The notes under the pieces: model-generated
Seen by the model: the letters and a program-made list of their open reading frames with translations, nothing else
Database searches by the model: none
Told to the model about the DNA's origin: nothing
Program-made: the position numbers and the translations under genes
Source of the DNA: a phage
Length of the DNA: 64,000 nt
Direction: 5' to 3' (one strand)
Sequence record: NC_135730.1
In this document: piece by piece, positions 1 through 8,974 of the stretch
How positions within the stretch are numbered: the first letter of the stretch is position 1
Layout: each line of letters starts with the position of its first letter

Positions 1-39
1 CGCCGTATTGACAAGAAAACGAAAGTTGATGATTTTGCA

Positions 40-270
40 GTGGCAATTACTGCAGAAGCAAAAGATGTCTTGACTAATCTAGCTGAGCCGTTGTACGATT
101 GGATCAAGAACGGTGCTGAGTCCACTGACCATCAAGAACCTCAGGCTGCCAAACAGGAAGCAGCTCCACAGCAAAACACTGTAGACGCTCCTCCTGTAAA
201 TGATGCGGAAGATGACCCAATGGATCAGAATCCAGCACAGTACGTCTTTGATGATGACATCCCATTTTAA
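40..270 (+). CDS. hypothetical acidic Gln/Pro-rich protein (GTG start)
   Basis: 76-codon ORF in track; in-frame stop at 28-30; weak RBS. Confidence 0.3.
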   Translation: MAITAEAKDVLTNLAEPLYDWIKNGAESTDHQEPQAAKQEAAPQQNTVDAPPVNDAEDDPMDQNPAQYVFDDDIPF

Positions 271-333
271 CATTTAGTTAACATAGCCCTGCCCGAAAGG
301 GTGGGGCATTTTTGTATAAGGAGATCTAAAAAA

Positions 334-750
334 ATGACATTAGAAGATATCATTGTTAAACCTGAGAACTATGACCAATACAACCTGTCAACTCAATCTG
401 TAGACCTTGGATGCGCCACGGTCAGTGCGTGGCTGGTTAACGGAAAAGAGCTGGATAAATGCTTAGAAGCTCACATGTCTATTAACAAGTTTCTGGATGA
501 AAATACTCACTGGCTTGAGGGTGCTGGAGTATATGCTTCATGGTTGGAGAGTATGGGATTCGACTACCAATCTGAAGAAGGGTGGTGGAGCTATTTAGCT
601 ATCTGTCCAGAGACGCTACAATGCTTCATGAAATACTCTGAAGATTTAGAGTACCGGGCGGTGGTTGATAGTGCTATTGCCCGTTATAGCCGTAAACCTT
701 TTTCCCACGACATTAAAACTGTGGAAGAGTTTGTTGAAGTTTTCTGTTGA
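334..750 (+). CDS. hypothetical protein
   Basis: ATG at 334 (internal to track ORF 301-750) preceded by AAGGAG at 319-324 and an upstream hairpin. Confidence 0.6.
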   Translation: MTLEDIIVKPENYDQYNLSTQSVDLGCATVSAWLVNGKELDKCLEAHMSINKFLDENTHWLEGAGVYASWLESMGFDYQSEEGWWSYLAICPETLQCFMKYSEDLEYRAVVDSAIARYSRKPFSHDIKTVEEFVEVFC

Positions 751-846
751 CACAGGTTGAAAGGTGTGCAATTATAACTTCATATGACTGGAGGACGTGA
801 TGAACGAAGAAAACTGGGATGTATAACTAACAGGAGGCCACTGCCC

Positions 847-1044
847 ATGATTTATCGAATCCGTGTAAGAGAAGATGCACCAGGCTGTTACTTTGACTGG
901 CGTGGGTGGTGGTTTCTCCACCCAATGGATGGACTCACAGATAGAATGCTGGATGCTGCCCTTTATACAGATACCGACATAGAGTATAATCTCTATCTGA
1001 AGGACGGTATAGATAACGGCCTGTTTGAAGCAATTCCTGTGTAA
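847..1044 (+). CDS. hypothetical protein
   Basis: ATG at 847 (internal to track ORF 784-1044) preceded by AGGAGG. Confidence 0.5.
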   Translation: MIYRIRVREDAPGCYFDWRGWWFLHPMDGLTDRMLDAALYTDTDIEYNLYLKDGIDNGLFEAIPV

Positions 1045-1112
1045 GAGACTGTGATAGCCATGTTTTATGATCTTCCTGTAGCACCACCACCTGTTGAACC
1101 CGGAGAACTAAG

Positions 1113-1538
1113 ATGATCTATGAAATGCCAAAACTGATTCGTGACGATGCCCAAAACGCTCACACCATTATTATGGGCAAACGCATGGATATTATTTGTC
1201 ATAAAGATTTCTGGAAAGGAAGTTACTTCACAGAGTATTTTGGTAAACTGGACAATGGTCTGCTGATCCAGTTCTACACCGATGCGGAAAACAACATTCA
1301 CTGGGAGTTCGAAACTGAAGATATCCATAAACTTTTCACCTTCCTCGGTATTAAGGTTGAGGCCAAGTTTGAAGAAGGTGAGTGCGACGATTGTGGATTC
1401 TATGAGGTAACAGATTTCTATCTTCCAAGTGGTGAGAACCTTTACTATGAAAGCCACTTCGGCAACTCCAATATGCCACAGTGTTGGACTGAGTTTTTTG
1501 AAATTGCGGAAGAGGAGCTGGCATACCGTGATTATTGA
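1113..1538 (+). CDS. hypothetical protein
   Basis: 141-aa track ORF with GGAGAA RBS. Confidence 0.6.
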   Translation: MIYEMPKLIRDDAQNAHTIIMGKRMDIICHKDFWKGSYFTEYFGKLDNGLLIQFYTDAENNIHWEFETEDIHKLFTFLGIKVEAKFEEGECDDCGFYEVTDFYLPSGENLYYESHFGNSNMPQCWTEFFEIAEEELAYRDY

Positions 1539-1986
1539 TACTGTAGGTGGAGATCTAATCTCCATTTTCAAGAAAGGGTCAGGCCACATGATCCACGGTT
1601 GTAACTGCTTTCACACAATGGGTGCAGGTATAGCGAAAGATATTGCCCGTGAGTTCCCTCAAGCACTGGCAGCCGACAAAGAAACTGCTTATGGTAATCT
1701 AGACAAGCTGGGTATGTTTTCTTGTTGGGAGCATTTTGCCAAGAACAGGGTCGTATATGGAATCAACCTGTATACCCAGTTCTACCCAGGGCCCAATGCT
1801 GAATACTTCTCAATCATGAAAGGTTTTGAGCGAGTCAACGAGGTATTCAAAGGTGTGTCATTGCCGTTCTACATTCCTAAAATTGGATGCGGTATTGGCG
1901 GTCTAAAGTGGGAACATGTAGAAGATGTAATTAATCTTGCAACCACAGATATTGATGTGGTTGTAGTAGAGTACAAAAAGTGTTGA
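1528..1986 (+). CDS. macro domain protein (TARG1/OARD1-like ADP-ribose hydrolase fold)
   Basis: GTG at 1528 overlapping upstream stop; motif HGCNCFHTMGAGIA resembles the TARG1/DarG-type macrodomain core; N-terminal GGDL. Confidence 0.6.
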   Translation: MIIDTVGGDLISIFKKGSGHMIHGCNCFHTMGAGIAKDIAREFPQALAADKETAYGNLDKLGMFSCWEHFAKNRVVYGINLYTQFYPGPNAEYFSIMKGFERVNEVFKGVSLPFYIPKIGCGIGGLKWEHVEDVINLATTDIDVVVVEYKKC

Positions 1987-2237
1987 CGACCATCTTCTGA
2001 GGTGATATAGTCTCCACAACAACTAAGAGAGGAGAGCACTGTGGAGACTAGAATCTTAATTCTTGCTGTGGTAGATACAACCGAAGGAGCTATATTCGAA
2101 TCTGCAGGAGGGTATTTCTACCTACCATACGGAAAAAGAACTTCCGAGCCAAGTAAAGATTCAATCCTCAAAGTGTTCCCGTGTGCTTTCTGGCTGGAGA
2201 TTTTGGTATAAGATTGCAGAGGATTTGGGAGAGAATT

Positions 2238-2432
2238 ATGAGAAACAAGAAAGAGCTTTACTCTGGTGAGTGGATCAACGATCAACAGGTTGGAGAGGTG
2301 ACCTGCTTCCGATGTTTTACCAGGTACAATCTTAAAACTGCACCAAAAAGTGTTCCAAAGACTGATGGTTATTACATAAAAGAACCTCATTGCCCAAAAT
2401 GTAAATGCCGATTATACTGGAGTAACCTGTAA
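2238..2432 (+). CDS. hypothetical Cys-rich (Zn-ribbon-like) protein
   Basis: ATG at 2238 within track ORF 2181-2432; CxxC and CPKCKC motifs. Confidence 0.5.
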   Translation: MRNKKELYSGEWINDQQVGEVTCFRCFTRYNLKTAPKSVPKTDGYYIKEPHCPKCKCRLYWSNL

Positions 2433-2495
2433 AAGATTGACATCTGAAAACTGCAGTGTATAATATATGCATAAACTAACAGAGAGTGATGTATT

Positions 2496-2687
2496 ATGGT
2501 AATTTTTAACCGGGATGGTATCATAGTTAGACAGCACCCGTTCCTTGAATACTATCAAATTGAGCAATGGTGCTACGGGGATTGCAGTCACTCTTATGGG
2601 CAAAGTTGGGGATATCGCACAGTTTTTGAATCAACAGACCTTGACAAAGTAAGACAGAAAGTTTTAGACCTTATTAACAACAAGTGA
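2496..2687 (+). CDS. hypothetical protein
   Basis: 63-aa track ORF, weak RBS. Confidence 0.4.
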   Translation: MVIFNRDGIIVRQHPFLEYYQIEQWCYGDCSHSYGQSWGYRTVFESTDLDKVRQKVLDLINNK

Positions 2688-2697
2688 GTATCGTGCC

Positions 2698-3030
2698 ATG
2701 GTAACATTGGAAAGACGTAAAGCTATCGCCGCCACACTGGCAGACATCTTTTGGGATTGCAACTTAAAAGATACTCGAAATTGTGGCGCATCTGTAGATG
2801 TATTATTCCCACGGCCCACCATTGTTGCAATGGGAAACCTGTTAAACGTAGTGTACGGAGCATGGGACAAAGAAGGTGGATTCTATATCTGGCAACCTGA
2901 CTACGGAGCCTGGAAAGAGGTAAGGGGTGCGGATGACTTTGGGCCTACAGTTGCTAAGATGGATGGCTGGGAAATTTATGTTGGAAACGACATGAAGCTG
3001 AAAGGCGAGATTGTTTACTGGTTACCTTAA
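2698..3030 (+). CDS. hypothetical protein
   Basis: 110-aa track ORF. Confidence 0.5.
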   Translation: MVTLERRKAIAATLADIFWDCNLKDTRNCGASVDVLFPRPTIVAMGNLLNVVYGAWDKEGGFYIWQPDYGAWKEVRGADDFGPTVAKMDGWEIYVGNDMKLKGEIVYWLP

Positions 3031-3050
3031 GAAAGCGCAGGAGATAAAGT

Positions 3051-3296
3051 ATGAGCAAAGGGTGGACATTTGTAGACGGCGTTAAAAACATGCCTCTTGG
3101 AAAGTATATCGTAGCCATGGCTGATGAGGATGGCAATGTAGATTTCGGAGCTTGCGAGGTTGTTCTTGCAGGATCTGGTAACTATGTGGACAAAACCGGG
3201 ATAATTAACGGTCAGTTCTACTTTGATCACAACCCTGTTGTAGCGTATATGGCTATGCCAGAGTTCAAGTTCCCAAAGGAGGGTGCAGATGTTTAA
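3051..3296 (+). CDS. hypothetical protein
   Basis: 81-aa track ORF with AGGAG RBS. Confidence 0.6.
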   Translation: MSKGWTFVDGVKNMPLGKYIVAMADEDGNVDFGACEVVLAGSGNYVDKTGIINGQFYFDHNPVVAYMAMPEFKFPKEGADV

Positions 3297-3486
3297 GCTT
3301 AAATCTGCATGGAACATCGCTGTGGGGGACGAGATCCGTATCCCAGGTGGAAAGACCATTATGAAGATATCTCGTATTGAGTACGAAGGTGACCGTGTAT
3401 TCCACATCTTCGCAGAAGATGGTCGAGAAATTTATATACAGGCAGGTTCTCACATCTATATCCGTAAGAAAGGGGACGACAAATGA
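3289..3486 (+). CDS. hypothetical protein
   Basis: ATG at 3289, 7 nt after AAGGAGG; overlaps previous stop. Confidence 0.5.
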   Translation: MFKLKSAWNIAVGDEIRIPGGKTIMKISRIEYEGDRVFHIFAEDGREIYIQAGSHIYIRKKGDDK

Positions 3487-3815
3487 CAGAGATCATCGTT
3501 TCAACTGCAGGGTATGTATTCCTGACAATCATTGCGCTGGCTATTCTGGTGGCGGTGTATGGATTTGTTATCCTGCCTATTCTTGAGACATTTAGTTTGT
3601 GTCGGTGTTGGAGAAAAGCTTACGGACCACAACCGTGGAAAGACTGGTTCCATTTGGTGCGTATAGCGTTCTCTTATGCCTATGACCACTCTAGCAGTGC
3701 ATGCGTAACCGGGTACCATGCCTACAACTGGAACTGGGAAGGGCTGGGGAGATGGACTGTTACAAAAACTATACCCTTACGGTTGTACAAAGGAAAGAAC
3801 ACACTGGGAGCCTGA
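3483..3815 (+). CDS. hypothetical membrane protein
   Basis: 110-aa track ORF with hydrophobic N-terminal segment. Confidence 0.5.
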   Translation: MTEIIVSTAGYVFLTIIALAILVAVYGFVILPILETFSLCRCWRKAYGPQPWKDWFHLVRIAFSYAYDHSSSACVTGYHAYNWNWEGLGRWTVTKTIPLRLYKGKNTLGA

Positions 3816-4416
3816 TATTTTAAGTTATCAGGTTGCCAGAGATCAGGAGGATTTCTAAAATGGATTTCCTCCTTTTGATATTTTACCTGCCAGGATATTT
3901 TAAAATCCTTAGAAAATCAGAAAATGGATCGAAAACTAAAATGGATTTTTCAGAGTAGGCGCGACAAGCTGAATCACTCATCCTACCGTTTGCACCATAT
4001 TCCAGACCACCATTATAGATTTCCCGCACATGCTTACATCTCGCTACTAGAACTTCCTCCACTTACCCTTGACCTTTTATAGCAATAATCCAACCACTAT
4101 CTTGAAGTTGCGGTGCAGCTTTCCAGGTACTCGATCTGTTTTTCGTTTCAAAGATTGAATTTTCTGAAAATTTTTCTCGATAAATTTCTCAGTACTCGAT
4201 CTGTTTTTCGTTTTCTGAATCGGATTTTCTGGAAATCGCTCCGGCTCTTGGCCTAAAATTTTTGGGGACGAAATCGATTTTTCGTTTTCAGAAATGGATT
4301 TTTAAAATTTCTATACGGGAATATTTTATGGGATACTGTTTTATAGGAAATTGTTACGGAGGGTAATTAGCGTGCTAATTAAATTTATTAAATGCGAGGA
4401 GTTCTCATTTAGAATT

Positions 4417-4435
4417 TTGAATGATAATCATTCTC
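4417..4435. promoter_or_regulatory. Fur-box-like site A
   Basis: ttgAATGATAATCATTcTC matches the 19-bp Fur consensus GATAATGATAATCATTATC at about 15/19. Confidence 0.45.
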
Positions 4436-4449
4436 GTTTGCAGAATAAC

Positions 4450-4495
4450 GGGCAGGCCCGGTGATTGTCTCCCGGCCCCTGTTGCCCCGGCTTGT
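4450..4495 (+). repeat. GC-rich hairpin element, copy 1
   Basis: ggcaggcccggtgattgtctccc core shared with 4590-4629 and, inverted, 13459-13507. Confidence 0.6.
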
Positions 4496-4552
4496 TATTA
4501 TAGTATCACACAGGACAAAGAAAGCAAGGATTTTTTGCATAAATTTTTAAAT

Positions 4553-4571
4553 GATAATGATAACCGTTCTC
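4553..4571. promoter_or_regulatory. Fur-box-like site B
   Basis: GATAATGATAAcCgTTcTC matches the Fur consensus at 16/19. Confidence 0.45.
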
Positions 4572-4589
4572 ATTTTATGCAGCGCCCAT

Positions 4590-4629
4590 CCCCGGTGGTT
4601 GTCTCCCCCGTCACCGGTGCCTGCCGTCC
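4590..4629 (+). repeat. GC-rich hairpin element, copy 2
   Basis: ccggtggttgtctcccccgtcaccggtgcctgcc with internal inverted repeat ccggtg/caccgg. Confidence 0.6.
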
Positions 4630-4889
4630 TTTCGATAGGTATATTGTGCCACCTGGCGGGGCCGCTGTCAACACTTTTCAAAAAATTTTTCTAACCTGAT
4701 GCGCTAACCGCTGCCACCTGGCGGGGCCAGCCTGGAAAATGTAGCTATTAATGACGCTGAGGCTATCACCCTGGTTGAAAAGGCCATGGCGGGAGCGTTG
4801 GAACATAAAGAAGAGTACGAAAAAATGATGGTTAACCTGGCAGGGCGGCGGCAGGTGGATTCTATCATAAAAATAATTTAAAATAGTCG

Positions 4890-4918
4890 TTGACAACAAG
4901 GTTAATCATGGTATTATT
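4890..4918 (+). promoter_or_regulatory. sigma70-type promoter
   Basis: TTGACA, 17-nt spacer, ATTATT. Confidence 0.6.
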
Positions 4919-4967
4919 ACCCTACAAGGTGAACAACACCGCACTAACCAGTAAAGAGGATAAATTT

Positions 4968-5165
4968 ATGAACGCATACGGGATCAAAGTACGTCGCAAC
5001 ACTCGCCAGGTGGTCACCAATCAAGTGATTTGCCGGGTGGATGTAACCATCAACAACGGGCAAGGCCTTTATAAATTTCGTCGCGGTCATAGCTATACCC
5101 TGCAACAGCTTAATCGTTGCGCCCTGACAAAAGGTCAGATCAACCACTGGTTTAATAAAAAATAA
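4968..5165 (+). CDS. hypothetical protein
   Basis: ATG at 4968 after AGAGGATAA RBS; internal to track ORF 4890-5165. Confidence 0.55.
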   Translation: MNAYGIKVRRNTRQVVTNQVICRVDVTINNGQGLYKFRRGHSYTLQQLNRCALTKGQINHWFNKK

Positions 5166-5168
5166 GTA

Positions 5169-5197
5169 TTGACATATAGTCCGACACCAAATACACT
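5169..5197 (+). promoter_or_regulatory. sigma70-type promoter
   Basis: TTGACA, 17 nt, TACACT. Confidence 0.55.
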
Positions 5198-5229
5198 AAA
5201 AGCACAAAAGACACTAAGAGGATAAAATC

Positions 5230-5628
5230 ATGAAAACCACAACCTTTAATTTTGATAATGCCGACTTTTCTTTTTCTGATGTCAAGAACTGCCGCCGTGA
5301 TCGTGGATTTTACAAGGCTTATAATCTAGTGGGCCTGGACGATGACAATAATTTGCACGAAGTAGCTGAGATCCGGTATTATGCCGCCGCCAGCGGGAAC
5401 ACTTACTACTGCGTTTTTTGGATACACGACAACAAGAACAATAAGTACGGCTATACTGGCGGCAAGGCGAGCGGTCACGGTTATGATAAAGCTAACGCAG
5501 CATTTGAGAGCGCATTAAATGCTATGGGGATCACTGCCAACGGCTGGATCTATGAAGAAGAGTTTTTGTCGGCACTTGCTAACCACCTAGGCTATAAAAA
5601 GCACATTGTAACATGTGCCCACGAATAA
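5230..5628 (+). CDS. hypothetical protein
   Basis: 132-aa track ORF; AAGAGGA RBS. Confidence 0.65.
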   Translation: MKTTTFNFDNADFSFSDVKNCRRDRGFYKAYNLVGLDDDNNLHEVAEIRYYAAASGNTYYCVFWIHDNKNNKYGYTGGKASGHGYDKANAAFESALNAMGITANGWIYEEEFLSALANHLGYKKHIVTCAHE

Positions 5629-5638
5629 AAAAAAATTA

Positions 5639-5666
5639 TTGACACGCTGCAAAATTAAAGTAAACT
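5639..5666 (+). promoter_or_regulatory. sigma70-type promoter followed by 5' leader hairpin (5677-5695)
   Basis: TTGACA, 16 nt, TAAACT; leader hairpin ggcgggaatgtttcccgcc then CA-rich leader. Confidence 0.55.
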
Positions 5667-5714
5667 AGACACAAAAGGCGGGAATGTTTCCCGCCAACAC
5701 AAAGGAAAAAGATC

Positions 5715-6110
5715 ATGAATAAGAACGTACGCCGCATCATGAACGAACTGGCAAACGATGAAAAAATTATTGATATGCATTTGGTCAACATTTGCCGCCG
5801 TTGTGTAACATATAACAACCGCGCCGCAAAAGCGCGTGAGATGAACGCAAAAGGCACCTTAAAGCCCTTTCAGGTGGTTGTAAAATCTATAGCTAATGCA
5901 GCAGGCCAGGCGCATGACCACAACAACGAGAGCACTAATATTGATCCGTCTTACGTAATGAAACGGATCCGGACTTGCAAGAATAAAGAGCAGGTGTATA
6001 ACGTCATAGATTGGCTGGACTCCATGGGCGATGGGGTTTATAATAGGTTTTCTGCAGCTATCGAGATCCAGCTTGACAGATTGGACGGGAAAGTACTGAA
6101 AACTTACTGA
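5715..6110 (+). CDS. hypothetical protein
   Basis: 131-aa track ORF. Confidence 0.65.
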   Translation: MNKNVRRIMNELANDEKIIDMHLVNICRRCVTYNNRAAKAREMNAKGTLKPFQVVVKSIANAAGQAHDHNNESTNIDPSYVMKRIRTCKNKEQVYNVIDWLDSMGDGVYNRFSAAIEIQLDRLDGKVLKTY

Positions 6111-6121
6111 GTTTATTTTTA

Positions 6122-6158
6122 GATGGCCTTGACACCAGGGCCATCAATAAAGTAAACT
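6122..6158 (+). promoter_or_regulatory. palindrome-embedded promoter, copy 1
   Basis: GATGGCC-ttgacaccag-GGCCATC inverted repeat with TTGACA in the loop; near-identical copies at 6741 and 10484. Confidence 0.55.
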
Positions 6159-6189
6159 AACCACAGTTGAGCGGAAAGGGGGCTTAAAG

Positions 6190-6309
6190 ATGAGTACTAC
6201 ACGCCAGCACACAAAGGTAACTATTATCGTTTGCATCATTGGTTACATCCTGGCGCAAATGTTGATGGGTAGCGCCAACGGTATCGCAAAATTTTTCTTA
6301 AACTTTTAA
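6190..6309 (+). CDS. small hydrophobic peptide (39 aa)
   Basis: MSTTRQHTKVTIIVCIIGYILAQMLMGSANGIAKFFLNF after AAAGGGGG RBS; below track size cutoff. Confidence 0.4.
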   Translation: MSTTRQHTKVTIIVCIIGYILAQMLMGSANGIAKFFLNF

Positions 6310-6337
6310 TTGACAAGCTAACTTAGATCAGTATACT
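6310..6337 (+). promoter_or_regulatory. sigma70-type promoter
   Basis: TTGACA, 16 nt, TATACT; leader hairpin gggaaaacttccc. Confidence 0.6.
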
Positions 6338-6387
6338 AACCACATAAACGGGAAAACTTCCCAGAACACACAAAAGGAGAAAACACC

Positions 6388-6729
6388 ATGACTACTATGA
6401 CCGCCGCAGATAAAGCTATGCAGATCGCCGCGCTGAAAAAACAGATCGCAGACCTTGAGAATAAGATCGATAACTTTGAAATCGACGAGGACAAGTACGA
6501 CGAAAACTATGATGAATGGTTAGACGAGATCTACGGCGAAATTATGATCGGAAACATTTCTTTTCTTCCGTCGCGTATCCTCAAGGAGCTAGATCCTATC
6601 GCTTACCGCTGCGGATTTAGCGACTACATCGACAGCCTGGATATTGAGGACGATGAAGAATACCAGGAATTACAGACAGAGTTGGAAGAAGCAAAAGAAG
6701 AGCTTGCGGAGCTGGAAGAAAACGAGTAA
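6388..6729 (+). CDS. hypothetical acidic coiled-coil protein
   Basis: 113-aa track ORF; AAGGAG RBS. Confidence 0.65.
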   Translation: MTTMTAADKAMQIAALKKQIADLENKIDNFEIDEDKYDENYDEWLDEIYGEIMIGNISFLPSRILKELDPIAYRCGFSDYIDSLDIEDDEEYQELQTELEEAKEELAELEENE

Positions 6730-6740
6730 GATTATTTTTA

Positions 6741-6777
6741 GATGGCCTTGACTCCAGGGCCATCAATAAAGTAAACT
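6741..6777 (+). promoter_or_regulatory. palindrome-embedded promoter, copy 2
   Basis: gatggccttgactccagggccatc. Confidence 0.55.
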
Positions 6778-6818
6778 TTATACTGTTAACACTGAACTAA
6801 TGCATAGGAGTTAAAACC

Positions 6819-7064
6819 ATGGCAGCACTAATCACCAAATATTATGCCCCTACCAACACCAAAAGCGCCCGTATCATGGTAAAAGGCTTCGGACGTAAAA
6901 AGGTTTACACCTGGGATTATGCCTTAGACACGGAAGACAACTACACCAACGCGATGACCGATTTTATTAATGATCTGAACACGCGGATCTTGACAAATTA
7001 TAAAATTACCGATATTGCCTATATAGGGGAAGGCGGGATCTGTTTTGTCGGTATCGTCAAATAA
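6819..7064 (+). CDS. hypothetical protein
   Basis: 81-aa track ORF; ATAGGAG RBS. Confidence 0.6.
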   Translation: MAALITKYYAPTNTKSARIMVKGFGRKKVYTWDYALDTEDNYTNAMTDFINDLNTRILTNYKITDIAYIGEGGICFVGIVK

Positions 7065-7139
7065 GCTGTTTTTTCGGTGGTCCTGGTAGCAGGGCCATCT
7101 ATAAAGATAGTTTATCAACACAATGAAAGGAGAAAGTAC

Positions 7140-7493
7140 ATGATCAGCGGGGCAAGTTTTATTATTGGCGCTATTGCTACGGCTTTAATTGTAAACAAGA
7201 TCCAATCTAAAAACGAAAAAGAGAGCAACGCGCTCACAGAATACCCATTTTGGGTATTCAACGACAATGAAGACTACATTATCAAGTACAAGAATGAGAA
7301 GGGCGACCAGGTAACACCGCGACCGATCCCAGCTTACAAGATGCAAGAAACACTATACCGCCTAAAGGCTGGAGGCGCAAAAATCGTAGACTTTTGGGGA
7401 TATGATTGCAAGGATCAGGAGGTTATAAAGCGCCGTATCCGGGCTATTCAGGCCAATATTGAAGTTAGCAAGGGGGGAATATATGAAGATTAA
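7140..7493 (+). CDS. hypothetical protein with N-terminal hydrophobic segment
   Basis: ATG at 7140 after AAAGGAG; track ORF 7077-7493 starts at a GTG inside the upstream palindrome variant. Confidence 0.55.
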   Translation: MISGASFIIGAIATALIVNKIQSKNEKESNALTEYPFWVFNDNEDYIIKYKNEKGDQVTPRPIPAYKMQETLYRLKAGGAKIVDFWGYDCKDQEVIKRRIRAIQANIEVSKGGIYED

Positions 7494-7680
7494 TTTTGAG
7501 AAGATTGTAAAGCGATCTCATGATTCCAAAGAGCTGCCGGAACGACGCCAGCGCAACAATAAACTGAATAAGCCAAAAAGATTTGGGAAGATCTGGCGGA
7601 ATCATTATGATCGTAAATTGCCGGGCCTACTTTTGGAACGTGAACGACAGGCGGAACGATACCGCCACAAAGGCAAATAA
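7483..7680 (+). CDS. hypothetical basic protein
   Basis: ATG at 7483 within track ORF 7459-7680; followed by a terminator. Confidence 0.5.
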   Translation: MKINFEKIVKRSHDSKELPERRQRNNKLNKPKRFGKIWRNHYDRKLPGLLLERERQAERYRHKGK

Positions 7681-7687
7681 CAACCAA

Positions 7688-7716
7688 CGCCCCGCCATTG
7701 TGCGGGGCTTTTTTAT
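7688..7716 (+). terminator. rho-independent terminator
   Basis: gccccgc-cattgt-gcggggc followed by TTTTTT. Confidence 0.7.
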
Positions 7717-7863
7717 TTCTATCCTACGAATAGCGCCCCTGGTTGGCCCTGTAAACGCCATAAAAGCCCCTACCTATGCAATCCCCTTTCTTAACCTGAA
7801 AACAGCGTCTAGGGCCGTTTTATGGCGTTAAAAATGTTATTGACAGTGATTTTATTTAAAGCT

Positions 7864-7891
7864 TGACACCTTGGAATAGTCCGGATATACT
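7864..7891 (+). promoter_or_regulatory. sigma70-type promoter (second TTGACA at 7839)
   Basis: TTGACA, 16 nt, TATACT. Confidence 0.6.
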
Positions 7892-7926
7892 GACCACATC
7901 AAAGCAAGAAGGAAGGAGTAAACGCC

Positions 7927-8187
7927 ATGCGTAAATTGAAAAATTTTGATAAGGTAGATGTAGTACTGAATAATTTTTACTACTGCAATAATAAAGCCGT
8001 TTGGTGGCGTGATAGTTCCACCGATAAAGTTAAGGCGCGCTTTCTCCAAGGGCACTGGCAAGGCCGTCCAGTGATTAAAATCATGGGGCAATTGGTAGCG
8101 TTTAAAAATTGCCGCCGTGTTGATGACGTTGAAGAGATTTTAAGCATTTTGCGCCACAATAATTTAAAAAATAGTGTTGACAAGTAA
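7927..8187 (+). CDS. hypothetical protein
   Basis: 86-aa track ORF; AAGGAG RBS. Confidence 0.65.
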   Translation: MRKLKNFDKVDVVLNNFYYCNNKAVWWRDSSTDKVKARFLQGHWQGRPVIKIMGQLVAFKNCRRVDDVEEILSILRHNNLKNSVDK

Positions 8188-8204
8188 ATCTCGATAAGTA
8201 TACT
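8177..8204 (+). promoter_or_regulatory. sigma70-type promoter with leader hairpin (about 8215-8233)
   Basis: TTGACA, 16 nt, TATACT; hairpin ggcgggaaaacttcccgcc. Confidence 0.6.
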
Positions 8205-8261
8205 TAAACACACAGGCGGGAAAACTTCCCGCCACTAACAAAGAAAATAGGAGAAAATATC

Positions 8262-8885
8262 ATGACCACCGTTAACATTACCACAGGTTACAATTTATCT
8301 TTCGACGTGCTGACCGATGAACAAAAAGAAAAAGCTATTGAAATGGTCCGCGAAAGAGAAGAACACAGCGGGGATAACTTTTTTGCAGAAAGTGTAATTG
8401 AAGACTATAAAGAACATATCTTTCCAGAGTATGGCCTTGAAGATACCAAGGTACATTGGTCCGGCTTTTGGTGCCAGGGCGACGGCGCGTCAATCAGTGC
8501 GGAAAACGTGGATTTAGAAAAATTCTTGCGTAAAGTCAAGTCTCTGACTAAATTCCGCTCAATTCGTCACTTGTTCGGCACAATGCACGATGGCGAGCTA
8601 TCCGCAAGTGTTGAGCGTGATCCATATAGCCGCTATAGTCACGAAAACACTGTAAGCGGGTACATCGATACTACATGGCTAGACCTGACAGCCAAGCAAG
8701 AAAGTAAGGTTGAAGAGCTGGAAGAGCTGATCACCGAGACGGTACGGGAGCTATCCCGCAAGGTTTATGTAGACCTGGAGGAGGCCTATCTAGAACAGTT
8801 CACTACCGAAAACCTGATCGGCCTTATTGAGGCCAATGATTGGCGGTTTGATGTGGATGAATATGGAGAGATGAGTTTTTCATAA
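8262..8885 (+). CDS. hypothetical acidic protein
   Basis: 207-aa track ORF; largest gene of the early array. Confidence 0.7.
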   Translation: MTTVNITTGYNLSFDVLTDEQKEKAIEMVREREEHSGDNFFAESVIEDYKEHIFPEYGLEDTKVHWSGFWCQGDGASISAENVDLEKFLRKVKSLTKFRSIRHLFGTMHDGELSASVERDPYSRYSHENTVSGYIDTTWLDLTAKQESKVEELEELITETVRELSRKVYVDLEEAYLEQFTTENLIGLIEANDWRFDVDEYGEMSFS

Positions 8886-8974
8886 ATAAAGTGTTGCAAT
8901 AATCTAAAAACTTGCTATATTAAAACTCAAGGGGGCAAGACGTTTGCCCCACACAAAACAAAGAGGAAAACATT

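Noticed and set aside
3816-4890. Whole region as a host-derived insertion
   Set aside because: The GC-hairpin element recurs at 13459-13507 and the ccacctggcggggcc motif recurs at 11704, so the sequence appears native to the phage; Fur-box similarity is still reported
6113-6160. Palindromic element as a rho-independent terminator
   Set aside because: The T-run lies before, not after, the stem on the + strand, and the reverse strand has an A-run; a -35 box is in the loop, so a promoter/operator reading fits better
7583-7831. 82-aa + strand ORF
   Set aside because: Overlaps the 7483-7680 gene in another frame and runs through the terminator and inverted repeat; no RBS
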